Origin: an uncultured Candidatus Rokubacteria bacterium
GTDB taxonomy: Bacteria > Methylomirabilota > Methylomirabilia > Rokubacteriales > CSP1-6
Assembly: GCA_963789955.1 (NCBI GenBank)
Contig: CAWBMV010000006.1
Coordinates: 224,001-288,000, forward strand
DNA: 64,000 bases
Direction: 5' to 3'
Notes under the pieces: generated by a model
Databases searched by the model: none
The model's input: the letters and a program-made list of their open reading frames with translations, nothing else
What the model was told of the DNA's origin: nothing
Shown here: one piece after another, positions 31,831 to 41,899 of the stretch
How positions within the stretch are numbered: the stretch's first letter is position 1
How the letters are laid out: the number at the start of each line of letters is the position of its first letter
Made by a program: the position numbers and the translations under genes

Positions 31831-32505
31831 ATGCGCGTGCTCGCCGTCGAAACCTCGACGCTGTCCGGCGGCGCTGCACTCCTCGACGGCGAGCGGATCG
31901 TCGGCGAGTACACGCTCGACGTGCGCATGACCCACTCGGAGCGCTTGATGGCCGCGATCGATCAGCTCTTGACCGACGCCGGCTGGACCGCGCGCGACCT
32001 CGAAGGGCTCGCGGTGAGCGTCGGCCCCGGCTCGTTCACCGGCCTGCGCGTCGGTCTCAGCACGGTGAAGGGGCTCGCGCTGGCCCTCTCGATCCCGGTC
32101 GCGGCGGTTCCCACGCTCGACGCGATGGCGGCGATGCTGCCGTTCGCCTCGCTGCCGGTGTGTCCCGTGCTCGACGCGCGCAAGCGCGAGGTCTACGCCT
32201 CGCTCTATCGCTGGGACGGCCTCACGATGCGCCGGGAGTGGGAGTATCTCGCGATCGCGCCCGACGATCTCGCTCGGCGCCTGGACGAGCCGGTGATCGT
32301 CGTCGGCGATGGCGCGGACGCGATCAGCTCGCCGTTCGCGCGTCGCGTGCAGCCGCCGCGCCGGGGACCGGCTCCCGCGGTCGTCGGCGCGCTGGGGCAC
32401 GCCCGGCTCGCGATCGGCGACACGGTCGCCGCCGCCGATCTCCTTCCCATCTATCTCCGGCCGTCCGAGGCCGAGCTGAAGCGACGCGGTGCCGCCGTCA
32501 GTTGA
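31831..32505 (+). CDS. tsaB: t6A biosynthesis protein TsaB
   Basis: LAVETST, HSERL, GPGSFTGLRVG, DARKREVY, PIYLRPSEAE. Confidence 0.96.
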   Translation: MRVLAVETSTLSGGAALLDGERIVGEYTLDVRMTHSERLMAAIDQLLTDAGWTARDLEGLAVSVGPGSFTGLRVGLSTVKGLALALSIPVAAVPTLDAMAAMLPFASLPVCPVLDARKREVYASLYRWDGLTMRREWEYLAIAPDDLARRLDEPVIVVGDGADAISSPFARRVQPPRRGPAPAVVGALGHARLAIGDTVAAADLLPIYLRPSEAELKRRGAAVS

Positions 32506-32959
32506 CCGCATGCGGCCCGATGACCTCGACGAGGTCCTCGGAATCGAGCGGGCGTCCTTCACGATGCCCTGGTCACGGGGCGCCTTCCTCTACGAGATCC
32601 AGCAGAATCGTGTGGCGCGCTGCTGGGTCATGCGCGAAGAGGGCCAGGTGGTGGGCTACCTCTGCCTCTGGGAGGTCGCCGACGAGATCCACATCACCAA
32701 CATCGCCGTTCGGCCGGAGTGCCGCCGCCGGGGACTCGCCCGGACTCTCCTCGGAGGCATCCTGGAAGAGTCGCGGCAGCGCCGGATCAAGCTCGTCGTC
32801 CTCGAGGTGCGGCCGAGCAACACCGAGGCGCGAACGCTCTATGAATCCTTCGGCTTCCGCGTCGTCGGGCGGCGGCGGGGCTACTACTACGATACGGGTG
32901 AGGACGCGCTCGTCATGGAGGCCGACCTGCAGACCGCCAACCCGGGAACCCGTGCCTAG
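32489..32959 (+). CDS. rimI: Ribosomal protein S18 N-acetyltransferase
   Basis: IE..SF..PWS, HITNIAV, RRRG.A, LEVR.SN..A..LY..FGF, RRGYY....EDALVM. Confidence 0.94.
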   Translation: MPPSVDRMRPDDLDEVLGIERASFTMPWSRGAFLYEIQQNRVARCWVMREEGQVVGYLCLWEVADEIHITNIAVRPECRRRGLARTLLGGILEESRQRRIKLVVLEVRPSNTEARTLYESFGFRVVGRRRGYYYDTGEDALVMEADLQTANPGTRA

Positions 32960-33026
32960 GCTCACCCGTTCGTGGTATTAAGGCGGGGTCCCACCGCCAC
33001 CGGTTTCTCGGATAGGGAGACTCAGA

Positions 33027-33671
33027 GTGCCCGGACTGGCTACATTTGCGAGCGCCGCGCTGGTCATCGTCCTGGCCGCGAGCCAGGCCCACGCCGACGC
33101 GATGTCGTTCAAGCTCTTGCCGAACTACTCGCGCGCCACGTTCAAGAGTGATGCGCCGCTCGAGACCTTCGTGGGCAACACCGCCGCCGAAGGCGTCGAC
33201 GGGACCCTGACCCTCGACCCGGCCAAGCCCCAGACCGCCACCGGATCGGTGAAGGTCGACATGAATCTCGTCAAGACCGGCATCGAGAAGCGCGACGCCG
33301 ACATGCGCAGCAAGAACTATCTCGACACCGAGGTGGCCGCCAATCGCTGGGTCACCTTCGAGCTGAAAAGCGTCGAGATCGCCGGACCGCTCGAGCCCGG
33401 CAAGACGGTCCCCGCGAAAGTGAAGGGCATCCTCACCGTGAAGCAGAAGCCGGTGGAGCGCGTCGCCGACGCGACCGTGACGTGGATCAAGCTGACGCCG
33501 GAGCAGGTCGAAGCCCAGAAGCGCTTCGGCTTCACCGCCGACAACATCAAGGTGCGGGCCAAGTTCGCGACGACCTTCACGGACCACGGCCTGCAGATCC
33601 CGCAGATCCTCTTCTACAAGGTCGCGAACGACATCCAGCTGGAGACCGACTTGACGTTCGCTCGCCAATAG
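33027..33671 (+). CDS. Secreted YceI-family lipid/polyisoprenoid-binding protein
   Basis: Signal peptide (AHA); F.SDAPLE.FVG, KTGIEKRDADM, G.LTV. Confidence 0.85.
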   Translation: MPGLATFASAALVIVLAASQAHADAMSFKLLPNYSRATFKSDAPLETFVGNTAAEGVDGTLTLDPAKPQTATGSVKVDMNLVKTGIEKRDADMRSKNYLDTEVAANRWVTFELKSVEIAGPLEPGKTVPAKVKGILTVKQKPVERVADATVTWIKLTPEQVEAQKRFGFTADNIKVRAKFATTFTDHGLQIPQILFYKVANDIQLETDLTFARQ

Positions 33672-33679
33672 TGGGTGTC

Positions 33680-34571
33680 TTGACACGACGAGTCTGGCGT
33701 TTCGCCCTTCCGCTCCTGCTGTCGATCGCTTCGCTTCCCGCGCTCGCGTCCGCGCAGGCTCCCTCGGCGGCCGACCTCGCCCGGGGCAAGTACATCTTCG
33801 GCGCGACCGGCGGGTGCGGATGCCACACGGTGCCCAAGCAGGCGGCGAACGCCGGCGGACGGCGATACGACGGAGCGTTCGGCACGGTGTACTCGAGCAA
33901 CATCACGCCCGATCGCGAGACGGGCATCGGCGGCTGGACGGATGAGCAGATCATCACGGCGACTCGGCTCGGCCGGCGCCCCAACGGCGAGCGGCTCATC
34001 CCGGTGCATCCGTACACGGTCTTCAACGGCATGTCGGCCGACGACCTCAAGGCGCTGGTCGCGTTCCTGCGCTCGGTGCCGCCGGTGAAGCGGGCGAATC
34101 AGCCGAAGAAGATCTCCGTGCCCATGTTCGAGAGCGTGTTCCTGCCGGCATGGCTGGCGGCCTTCGCGCCGCGCGAGAATCCGCCGACGTCGGTGCCGAC
34201 CTGCGGGCGTCGCCCGCGGAGAGTATCTCGTCCGCGCGGTCGGCCACTGCGGCGAATGCCACACGCCTCGCACGATGACGATGGCGACCGACAACACGCG
34301 CTTCCTGGCGGGTAACCCCAAGGGCCCCGAGGACTCCGAGGTTCCCAACATCACGCCCGACAAGACGACGGGCCTGCAGTGGTCAGAAGAAGAAATCGCG
34401 GACTACCTCGCCACGGGCAACAAGCCCGACGGCGACGTGGCCGGCGGGCTCATGGGCGAGGTCATCGAAGGGACCTTGGCCGGATACAAGGACCTGACCA
34501 AGGCCGACCGGCTCGCGATCGCGCAGTATCTCAAGACCATTCCTCCGATCAAGAACAAGATCGGGAAGTGA
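33680..34571 (+). CDS. Periplasmic diheme cytochrome c (indel near 34200)
   Basis: Signal peptide; RGKY...GCGCHT; NITPD.ETGIG.W; RGEYL...HCGECHTPR; PNITPD. Confidence 0.88.
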
Positions 34572-34636
34572 GCGCAGTGCCTTTCAAGCCGGATCGACCA
34601 ACGATCCGCTGGAACGAAACTCAAGGAGGAGGGGAC

Positions 34637-35138
34637 ATGAAGCTCCGACTCGCGAGGACCGGTGTGATCCTCGGTAGCCTCGTCGCGCTGGCCGTGGGCG
34701 GCTGCGCGAGCTCCAGCAAGTCCGCCACGATGGGGACGGGTGATCTGGTGGCGGAGCGCCAGCGGCTCATGAAGAACGTCGGCGCCAACTGGGCCGACAT
34801 CCAGGCCAAGGTCAAGGCGGGCGCGCCGGACACCGTGGCCGTGAACGCCGAGTCGCTGTCGCTGCACGCGCAGCGCATCCCCGGCCTGTTTCCGCCGAGG
34901 CTCGCTGACCGACAAGTCGAAGGCGAAGCCGGACATCTGGCAAAAGTGGCCCGAGTTCGAGGCCGCCGCGAAGAATCTCGAGAACCGCTCCGCCACATTG
35001 CGTGACCAGGCGATGGCGAAGGACGGCGCCGCGGTGACGGCGACCGTCGCGACGTTCGGCCGCGACGCCTGCGGCGCGTGCCACACGCCGTTCCGCGTCC
35101 CGCCGCCCCAGCAGCAGCCGGCGCAGCCGCGGTCCTGA
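34637..35138 (+). CDS. Cytochrome c'/c556 (class II) lipoprotein (indel near 34895)
   Basis: GGAGG SD; lipobox LAVGGC; RQ.LMK, LFP.GS, AKP.IW, C-terminal CGACH..FR. Confidence 0.88.
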
Positions 35139-35177
35139 AGCCAACGCGCCGATCCGCAGCAGACGCGTGAAGTCCGG

Positions 35178-35208
35178 CCGAGGAGGGTGCCATCGGCGCC
35201 CTCCTCGG
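35178..35208 (+). terminator. Hairpin after the cytochrome operon
   Basis: CCGAGGAGGGTGCC-ATC-GGCGCCCTCCTCGG, 14-bp stem with one U-G; no U tract. Confidence 0.5.
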
Positions 35209-35240
35209 TGCTCGGCCCCTGTGCTAAGGTTAGGTCGCTC

Positions 35241-37229
35241 ATGACCTCGTCCGTTCCCTTCCGTGACACCTTCTGGAACGTCCCCGGCTGGGCCCAGGTG
35301 GCGCTCTACGTCGGCGGCGCGCTCGCGATCGCCATCTTCGCGTACGGGATGTGGCAGCGGGTGAGTCTGTGGCGGCGCGGGCTCCCCGAAGATCGGCTGG
35401 ATCGCATCCCCGAGCGCGTCGGCCGAGTTCTGACTCACGCGCTCGGCCAGGTCCGCACGCTCTCGCAGGCGTATCCCGGTGTCATGCACGCGATCATGTT
35501 CTGGGGCTTCCTCGCCCTGTTCATGGGCACGGCGCTGGCCACGCTCGACTGGGACATCACGTTGCCGCTGTTCGGCTACAAGCTCCTGAAGGGCCCGTTC
35601 TATCTGTTCTACGAGACCGTGCTCGACCTGTTCGGGCTCTTCTTCGTGATCGGCCTGGGCATGGCGGTGTGGCGGCGCTTCGTCCAGCGGCCGGCGCGCA
35701 TCGACGCGACGGCGCGCTTCGCGTGGGTGCTGACACTGCTGTTCGTGATCAACGTGAGTGGCTTCGTCATGGAGGCGTGCCGCCTCGCGGTGGTCGCGCC
35801 CTGGTGGGCGCCGTGGTCGCCGGTCGGCTGGGCCCTCGGACGCGGCTTCGTGGGGCTCGGCATGACGCCGGACGCGTTGCGCGGGCTGCACGTCGCGACC
35901 TGGGTCTTCCACGCGGTGCTGGCGCTCGCCTTCATCGCGGTCATCCCGTTCTCGTACTTCGTCCACCTGCTGACGACGCCGCTGAACATCTTCTTCTCGA
36001 AGCTCGGGCCGCGCGGCGCGATCGCGCCGATCAAGAACATCGAGGAGGCCGAGTCGCTCGGCATCTCGAAGCTCGAGGAGTTCTCGTGGAAGCGGCGGCT
36101 CGACTTCGACGCCTGCGTCGAGTGCGGGCGCTGCCAGGCGGCGTGCCCCGCCTACATGTCGGGCACGGCGCTCTCGCCCAAGCAGATCATCGTGAAGCTC
36201 AAGCGTCACATGCACGGCGAGCTGCCCGGCCCGATCCACGGCGAGCTGATCAAGGCCGACGAGCTCTGGGCGTGCACGACCTGCATGGCGTGCGTGCAGG
36301 AGTGCCCGGCCTTCATCGACATCGTCGACACGATCATCGACCTCCGGCGCTATCTGACCCTGTCCGAGGGCGCGTTGCCCTCGACGGCGCCCCAGTCGCT
36401 GCAGAACATCCAGCGAGCCGGGAACCCGTGGGGACTACCCGCCGGCGAGCGCCTGGCGTGGGCGCAGGGCCTCGACGTCCCGCTGATGGAGCCCGGTCGC
36501 GAGGTCGAATATCTCTACTGGGTCGGCTGCTCGGCCTCGTACGACCGGCGCAACCAGGCGATCGCGCGGTCGGTGGTGAAGATCCTCAAGACCGCCGGCG
36601 TGAGCTTCGGCGTCATGCAGGAAGAGCGCTGCCACGCCGAGGTCGGCCGGCGTCTGGGTGAGGAATATCTCTACCAGACCGTCGCCCAGGAGAACGTCGA
36701 AGCGGTCAACCAGTACAAGTTCCGCAAGGTGATCACGCACTGCCCGCACTGCTTCAACACCATCAAGAACGAGTTCCCGCAGTTCGGCGGCACCTACGAG
36801 GTGCTCCATCACTCGCAGGTCATCGAGCAGCTGATCGCCGACGGGCGGATCAAGCCGACGAAGTCGCTCGACGCGACTCTGGCGTTCCACGACTCGTGCT
36901 ACCTCGGACGTTACAACGGCATCACCGAGGCGCCGCGCAACGTCGCGAAGTCGGTTCCGGGTCTGCGAGTGATCGAGCTGCCGCGCAATCGCGAGCGCGG
37001 CCTGTGCTGCGGCGGGGGCGGCGGTCACATGTGGATGGAGGTCAAGGCCGAGAAGCGGGTGAACCTGATCCGCGTCGAAGAGGCGCTCGAGGCCAAGGTC
37101 GACCTGGTCGGCACGGGCTGTCCGTTCTGCCTGGCGATGATCGACCTCGGCCGCAAGGTGAAAGGCGCCGAAGACACGCTCGGCGTCAAGGACGTCAGCG
37201 AGCTGGTCGCGGAGAGCCTCGAGCCGTGA
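35241..37229 (+). CDS. Membrane-anchored Fe-S oxidoreductase (HdrD/FadF/GlpC-like)
   Basis: N-terminal TM helices; CVECGRC..ACP and CTTCMAC..ECP ferredoxin motifs; CCG domains (WVGC, CPHC, HDSCYLGR, CCGGGGG, CPFC). Confidence 0.92.
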   Translation: MTSSVPFRDTFWNVPGWAQVALYVGGALAIAIFAYGMWQRVSLWRRGLPEDRLDRIPERVGRVLTHALGQVRTLSQAYPGVMHAIMFWGFLALFMGTALATLDWDITLPLFGYKLLKGPFYLFYETVLDLFGLFFVIGLGMAVWRRFVQRPARIDATARFAWVLTLLFVINVSGFVMEACRLAVVAPWWAPWSPVGWALGRGFVGLGMTPDALRGLHVATWVFHAVLALAFIAVIPFSYFVHLLTTPLNIFFSKLGPRGAIAPIKNIEEAESLGISKLEEFSWKRRLDFDACVECGRCQAACPAYMSGTALSPKQIIVKLKRHMHGELPGPIHGELIKADELWACTTCMACVQECPAFIDIVDTIIDLRRYLTLSEGALPSTAPQSLQNIQRAGNPWGLPAGERLAWAQGLDVPLMEPGREVEYLYWVGCSASYDRRNQAIARSVVKILKTAGVSFGVMQEERCHAEVGRRLGEEYLYQTVAQENVEAVNQYKFRKVITHCPHCFNTIKNEFPQFGGTYEVLHHSQVIEQLIADGRIKPTKSLDATLAFHDSCYLGRYNGITEAPRNVAKSVPGLRVIELPRNRERGLCCGGGGGHMWMEVKAEKRVNLIRVEEALEAKVDLVGTGCPFCLAMIDLGRKVKGAEDTLGVKDVSELVAESLEP

Positions 37230-37573
37230 GGGCGATCTTGCGCGCCCTGCCGGACATCATCCGCACCATCGGCGGTCTGGCCCTCGACCCGGTGCTCCCG
37301 AAGGCGGCCAAGGTCGCGCTGGCCGCCGCCATTCTCTATCTCGTCTCGCCCATCGACCTGATTCCCGACTTCATCCCGGGCCTGGGCTACCTCGACGACG
37401 TCTTCGTCGCCGCGATCCTGGTCGACGGGATGCTGAATTTCGTGAACCGAGGCCTCGTGCTCAAGTACTGGCCCGGGAGCCCGGAGTCGCTCGAGCGCAT
37501 CGCGCGCTCGGCGCGCGTCCTGGCCGCCTGGGTGCCCCGCCGGCTGAAGCTGCGGATCTTCTCGAGCCTCTAG
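37226..37573 (+). CDS. DUF1232 (YkvA-like) membrane protein
   Basis: YLVSPIDLIPDFIPGLGYLDD. Confidence 0.92.
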   Translation: MRAILRALPDIIRTIGGLALDPVLPKAAKVALAAAILYLVSPIDLIPDFIPGLGYLDDVFVAAILVDGMLNFVNRGLVLKYWPGSPESLERIARSARVLAAWVPRRLKLRIFSSL

Positions 37574-37585
37574 AACGCCGCCGGC

Positions 37586-38366
37586 TCACGCGGCGTCGCG
37601 CGGACCCGCTCGCCGGTCCGCGAGCAATCGCCGATAGTAGGCGCGGCCTCGGTCGTAGCCGCGGCGGAACGCCGGCTCCCGGTAGGTCGCCGGGTATCGA
37701 CGCTTCAGCTCAGCGTCGGGATCGCGCTCGACCCGATCGCGCAGTCGACAGCGCCGCCTCGAACCCTTCGCGGTAGACCGCCTCGTCGCGCTGAAAGTCG
37801 TGCCCATCGGCGCGATACTCGAACGCCTCGGTCTCGCGAAGACCGATCCACCACCGCTCACGCGCCGCGTCCACGCTCTCGGCGCCCGAGCCCTCCATCA
37901 CCGCCACGGCCCGCTCGCGCTCGTCGACGTCGGCCGGGGTGACGACGACGATCGCGTAGCCACGCCTGAGCGCGTCCTCGTAGACGAACAGCTCGTCCTT
38001 GGGCAGCCCGCTGACCAGCGCGTTCTCGAGCGCGCCGCCGACGACCGCGCCGCCCAGGCTCAGGAGCACGGCGCCGACGATACCGATCGCGATGGCCGGG
38101 CCGGCCACCGGGAGTACCGCACTCGCGGCCGCCGCCGCGCCCAGCTCGGCGCCGCTGGCCGCTCCGACGGCGCCGCCGAGGACCCCGCCGATCGCCTTGC
38201 CCATGCCCGGTTGTTCCGCCTCGCTCGTGGCGACCTTCGCGACCAGCGGCTCCGAGCCCGGAACCAGAACGTGAATACTCTTCGGCGACAGGCCGACGGC
38301 CCGCAGGTTGTTGACGGCACGCTCGGCCGATGCGCGATCGAAGAATATGCCAACTGTCGGAGTCAT
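37586..38366 (-). CDS. General-stress-protein-like hypothetical protein with glycine-zipper TM (indel near 37750)
   Basis: VGIF....AERAV..L..G, G/A-rich TM stretch, GLPKDELFVYEDALRRG; frame continues into ..FRRGYDRGR. Confidence 0.7.
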
Positions 38367-38500
38367 TCTCGCTTCTCCTCTCCCGTGAATCGCTGCCGGC
38401 GCCGACGGTGGATCGCGCGCTCGCGCGACACGCAGGCCGCCGCGATCAAGACGCCCGAGGTCACCGCCAGAGCCAGCCAGGCGGCATCGCTCATCGTCAT
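38363..38500 (-). CDS. Small single-TM hypothetical protein (about 45 aa)
   Basis: MTMSDAAWLALAVTSGVLIAAACVSRERAIHRRRRQRF..; ATGA overlap with the next gene. Confidence 0.45.
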   Translation of the reverse strand: MTMSDAAWLALAVTSGVLIAAACVSRERAIHRRRRQRFTGEEKRE

Positions 38501-38613
38501 GAACACCAGGCCGCACCGCGCACACGCACCTCGCATGAGGTAATGACCTGAGGCCGCGTCTCGGGGCGCGACGCGATGCAGATCATCCTGTTCGATCTCT
38601 GGCGATTCCAAGC

Positions 38614-38628
38614 GCAAGAGACATGCCA
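38614..38628 (-). promoter_or_regulatory. Sigma54 (-24/-12) promoter
   Basis: Minus strand TGGCAT-GTCTC-TTGC matches TGGCAC-N5-TTGC. Confidence 0.7.
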
Positions 38629-38746
38629 CACCAGCACCGTGCTCGTGTCGTCGCGCACCTACGTCGCGATGATCGAGAGCACGCGGCGAAAGAGTGTCGC
38701 GATCGGGTAATTCTTATCGAGTAAGAACGTGCTCGACCCGCGTGTG

Positions 38747-38775
38747 TTGACTGTTCGGGAGGTGGAGACTACCGT
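38747..38775 (+). promoter_or_regulatory. Sigma70 promoter
   Basis: TTGACT-17 nt-TACCGT, upstream of GGAGG SD and ATG 38796. Confidence 0.6.
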
Positions 38776-38795
38776 TGCGGGCCAGGGAGGAGACG

Positions 38796-39686
38796 ATGGC
38801 TGGAGCCGTTGGATTCATCGGACTGGGCAACATGGGTCGACCGATGGCGTTGAATCTCGCGAAGCAGGGCTTTCCGCTCGTCGTTCACGACATCGATCCG
38901 GCGAAGGTCGAGCCCCTGCGCGCGCGCGGCGCACAGGTCGCTGACTCGCCCGAGGCGGTATCCGCCGCGACCGACCGTACGATCTCGATGGTGGAGACGA
39001 CGGCGCAGGCCGAAGCCGTGATCACGGGCGAGCACGGCATCATCCGCACCGCGAGAGCCGGCCACATCGTGATCAGCATGAGCACGATCGATCCGCTCGT
39101 CGCGCGGCGCATCGGCGACGCGCTGGCGGCGCGCGGCGTGGCGATGCTCGACGCGCCGGTGAGCGGCGGCACCGAGCGGGCGAACTCGGGCGAGCTCTCG
39201 GTCATCGTCGGCGGCCCGGCGGAGACCTTCGAGGCCTGTCGCGATCTGTTCAAGGCCATGGGCACGAAGATCTTCCACGTCGGCGGGCTCGGGCAGGGAC
39301 TGGCGATGAAGCTCGTCAACAACATGCTGGTCCAGGTCAACATGGTGGCGGTGGCCGAGGCGCTCGTGCTGGGCGTGAAGGCCGGACTCGACCCGAAGAC
39401 GATCTACGAGGTCGTGCGCGTCAGCACCGGCACGAGCTCGGCATTCGAGCGCGGCGCCGCGCGCATGCTGGCGCGCGACTTCTCACCGGCGGGGACCGTG
39501 GACATCTCGTTCAAGGACCAGGAGCTCGAGACCGCGTTCGCGAAGCAGCTCGGCGCGCCGCTGTTGCTGGCGAACGTGAGCCAGCAGGTCTATCAGATGG
39601 CGCGCGCGGCCGGCCTCGGCAAACAGGACGGCACGGCCATCATCCAGGTGCTCGAGCGCCTGGCGGGTGTGAAGGTGGGCGGCTAG
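38796..39686 (+). CDS. Beta-hydroxyacid dehydrogenase (3-hydroxyisobutyrate/tartronate semialdehyde reductase family)
   Basis: GFIGLGNMG.PMA.NL, DAPVSGG, KLVNN, KD. Confidence 0.93.
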   Translation: MAGAVGFIGLGNMGRPMALNLAKQGFPLVVHDIDPAKVEPLRARGAQVADSPEAVSAATDRTISMVETTAQAEAVITGEHGIIRTARAGHIVISMSTIDPLVARRIGDALAARGVAMLDAPVSGGTERANSGELSVIVGGPAETFEACRDLFKAMGTKIFHVGGLGQGLAMKLVNNMLVQVNMVAVAEALVLGVKAGLDPKTIYEVVRVSTGTSSAFERGAARMLARDFSPAGTVDISFKDQELETAFAKQLGAPLLLANVSQQVYQMARAAGLGKQDGTAIIQVLERLAGVKVGG

Positions 39687-40445
39687 AGCACGACCTCTCG
39701 AGCGACGCCGCGCAGGTCCATCTCGTACTCGAGCCCGATCACCGGCGGGCGGCTGGGAAACCAGCGCACGCCGTGGATCGCGGCGGCGCCGGCGGGCCCC
39801 AGGACGGTCTCGGCGAGGAGCGCCTCGATGGGCTGCGCGGTGTAGATGTCGATCGCGGTCACATCGGGCCAGGCCACGCCGAGCCCCTGCAGACGCGCCT
39901 GCATGATCCCCATGACGTGCGCCGCCTTCTCCCGCATCGCCGCCGCGGAGGTCTCGCCGTGGCGCACGATCCCCTCCGTGCCGACGCCGCGTTCGCGCAT
40001 CTCGCCCGCGCCCGCCACGATGAAGGTCGGCCGAGGCGTCGCGCCGGGGACCGTATAGCTGAAGGCGTAGAGCGAGGGTTCGCGCGGCGCGCCCGTCACC
40101 GGGGCCACGTTCGTCCGGGCGATCGGGTTGTCGCCGTCCACGTGCAGCTTCCACTCGGCCAGGAGCGCCTGATAGCCGGCGTTGAACGAGTCGAAGCCGT
40201 CGAAGCTGAACGGCGCCGGGCTCCGCAGCTCGATGGCGCACAAGCGCCGCGCGCGGTCGGTTCTCGGCGCGGAGATGGCGATCGATGAGACCGAAGCCGT
40301 CACGCCACGGGATCGGCGCGCGAAGCGTGGCGTGTACCACCTGGTAGCCGGCGATCGCCACGACACCCGACGAGAACGGCGCGATCCCGGGCAGGAAGCG
40401 ATAGTGACCGGCGTGGACGTCGCGGACGGGCGGGGTAGGGCTCAT
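39683..40445 (-). CDS. CnbZ-like (2-amino-5-chloromuconate deaminase family) protein (indel near 40245)
   Basis: YRFLPGIAPFSSGV, LCAIELRSPAPFSF.GF..FN..Y, NPIARTNVAP, SRPPV.GLEYEMD.RGV. Confidence 0.8.
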
Positions 40446-40485
40446 GGTCCCGAACGGTACCATTTCTCGCCGTCCCCGGCGGGCC

Positions 40486-40514
40486 TTGACATTGTCGGAC
40501 GACCAACTTCTAAT
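40486..40514 (+). promoter_or_regulatory. Sigma70 promoter containing a GntR/FadR-type operator
   Basis: TTGACA-17 nt-TCTAAT; the spacer contains TTGTCGGACGACCAA. Confidence 0.55.
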
Positions 40515-40559
40515 GCCCGCGCAGAGCGGTAGCCGATCTACGCTCCCTGGGAGGCTCTC

Positions 40560-41884
40560 ATGTTTCGGAATAGACCGATGCGCGTCGTGTGTGGGCTGCT
40601 CGCGCTCGTGGTGGGCCTGGGTCTCGGAGTCGGCGTCCGACGCGCCCGCGCAGGGCAAGAAGCTCAAGATCGGCGTCATCTACGACTACACCGGCCCGCT
40701 CGCGGGCGGCGGCTCCGAGCTGCACGCGCTCGGCGCCAAGATCATGATCGACTACTTCATCAAGAAGGGCGGCGTCGAGGGCTACCAGACTCGAGGCCGT
40801 GTACGCCGACGCGCAGAGCAAGCCGGACGTCGCCATCAACGAGGCGGTGCGGCTGATCGAGCAGGAGAAGGTCGACATGCTGCTCGGCTTCTACTCGTCG
40901 GCGCAGTGCGTGCCGGCGGCCGCGCGGGTCGAGCAGCTCAAGAAGTTCATGTGGATCACCACGTGCATCTCCTCGGCGGTGCTCGAGAATCGCCACCTGA
41001 AATACGTCTTCCGGACTCAGCCGAGCGGCAAGCAGTTCGGGCTGATGTCGACGGACTTCCTCGCGCAGAACGCGAAGAGCAAGCTGGGCAAGGAGCCGAA
41101 GGATCTCCGCGTCGCGATCATCCACGAGGACGGCGCCTACGGCGTCGACGTCTCGCGAGGCAACGAGGAAGGCGCCAAGAAGGCCGGCTTCAACTGTCGT
41201 GCTGAAGGAAGGCTACTCCGCGACCGCGCCCGACCTGTCGGCGCTGGTGACCAAGCTCAAGCGCGGCCGCCCGGACGTCATCTTCCACACCGGCTACAAC
41301 CCGGACATCACGCTGTTTCTCCGTCAGGCCCGCGAGCAGGGTCTTCGCTTCAGCGCGCTGATCGGTCACGGCGCCGGGTACGGCGTCTACGACAAGCTGA
41401 AGGAGGCGCTCGGCCGGGACGTGAACTACTTCTTCAACGTCGACCCGATCTCGATCTGGCTGACCAACGAGAAGTCGCTGCGCGCCCCGCTGCCGGCCAT
41501 GATCAAGATGGTCGGCGAGGAGTACGAGAAGGCGCGGCCCGGCACGCAGGTTCGCGTCCGCGCACGTGGGCATGTCGGCGAGCAACACGTACGTGTTCAT
41601 GACCGAGGTGTTGCCGCGCGCCATCAAGAAGTACGGCGGGCATCGACGCCGAGGCGCTGCGCAAGGCGGCGCTCGAGGTCGATCTGCCGGAGGGCGGCAC
41701 GATGCTCGGGTTCGGTGTGAAGTTCGAGGGCGAGGCCGAGCCCATGGCGGGACAGAACGATCGCGCGTTCCCGGTCATCCTCCAGTACGTCGACGACAAG
41801 CCGTATATCGTGTGGCCCAAGAGCCAGCAGCAGCGTGAGCCCGTCCTGGCGCTGCCGGGCTCGTCGCCGTACGCGGCGCAGTAG
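40560..41884 (+). CDS. Liv/HAAT-type ABC substrate-binding protein (several indels)
   Basis: Signal peptide; KIGVIYDYTGPLA.GG, ADAQSKPD.A, HEDGAYG, PDVIFHTGY; pieces in several frames. Confidence 0.85.
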
Positions 41885-41899
41885 CCCCGACAGAGCTAC

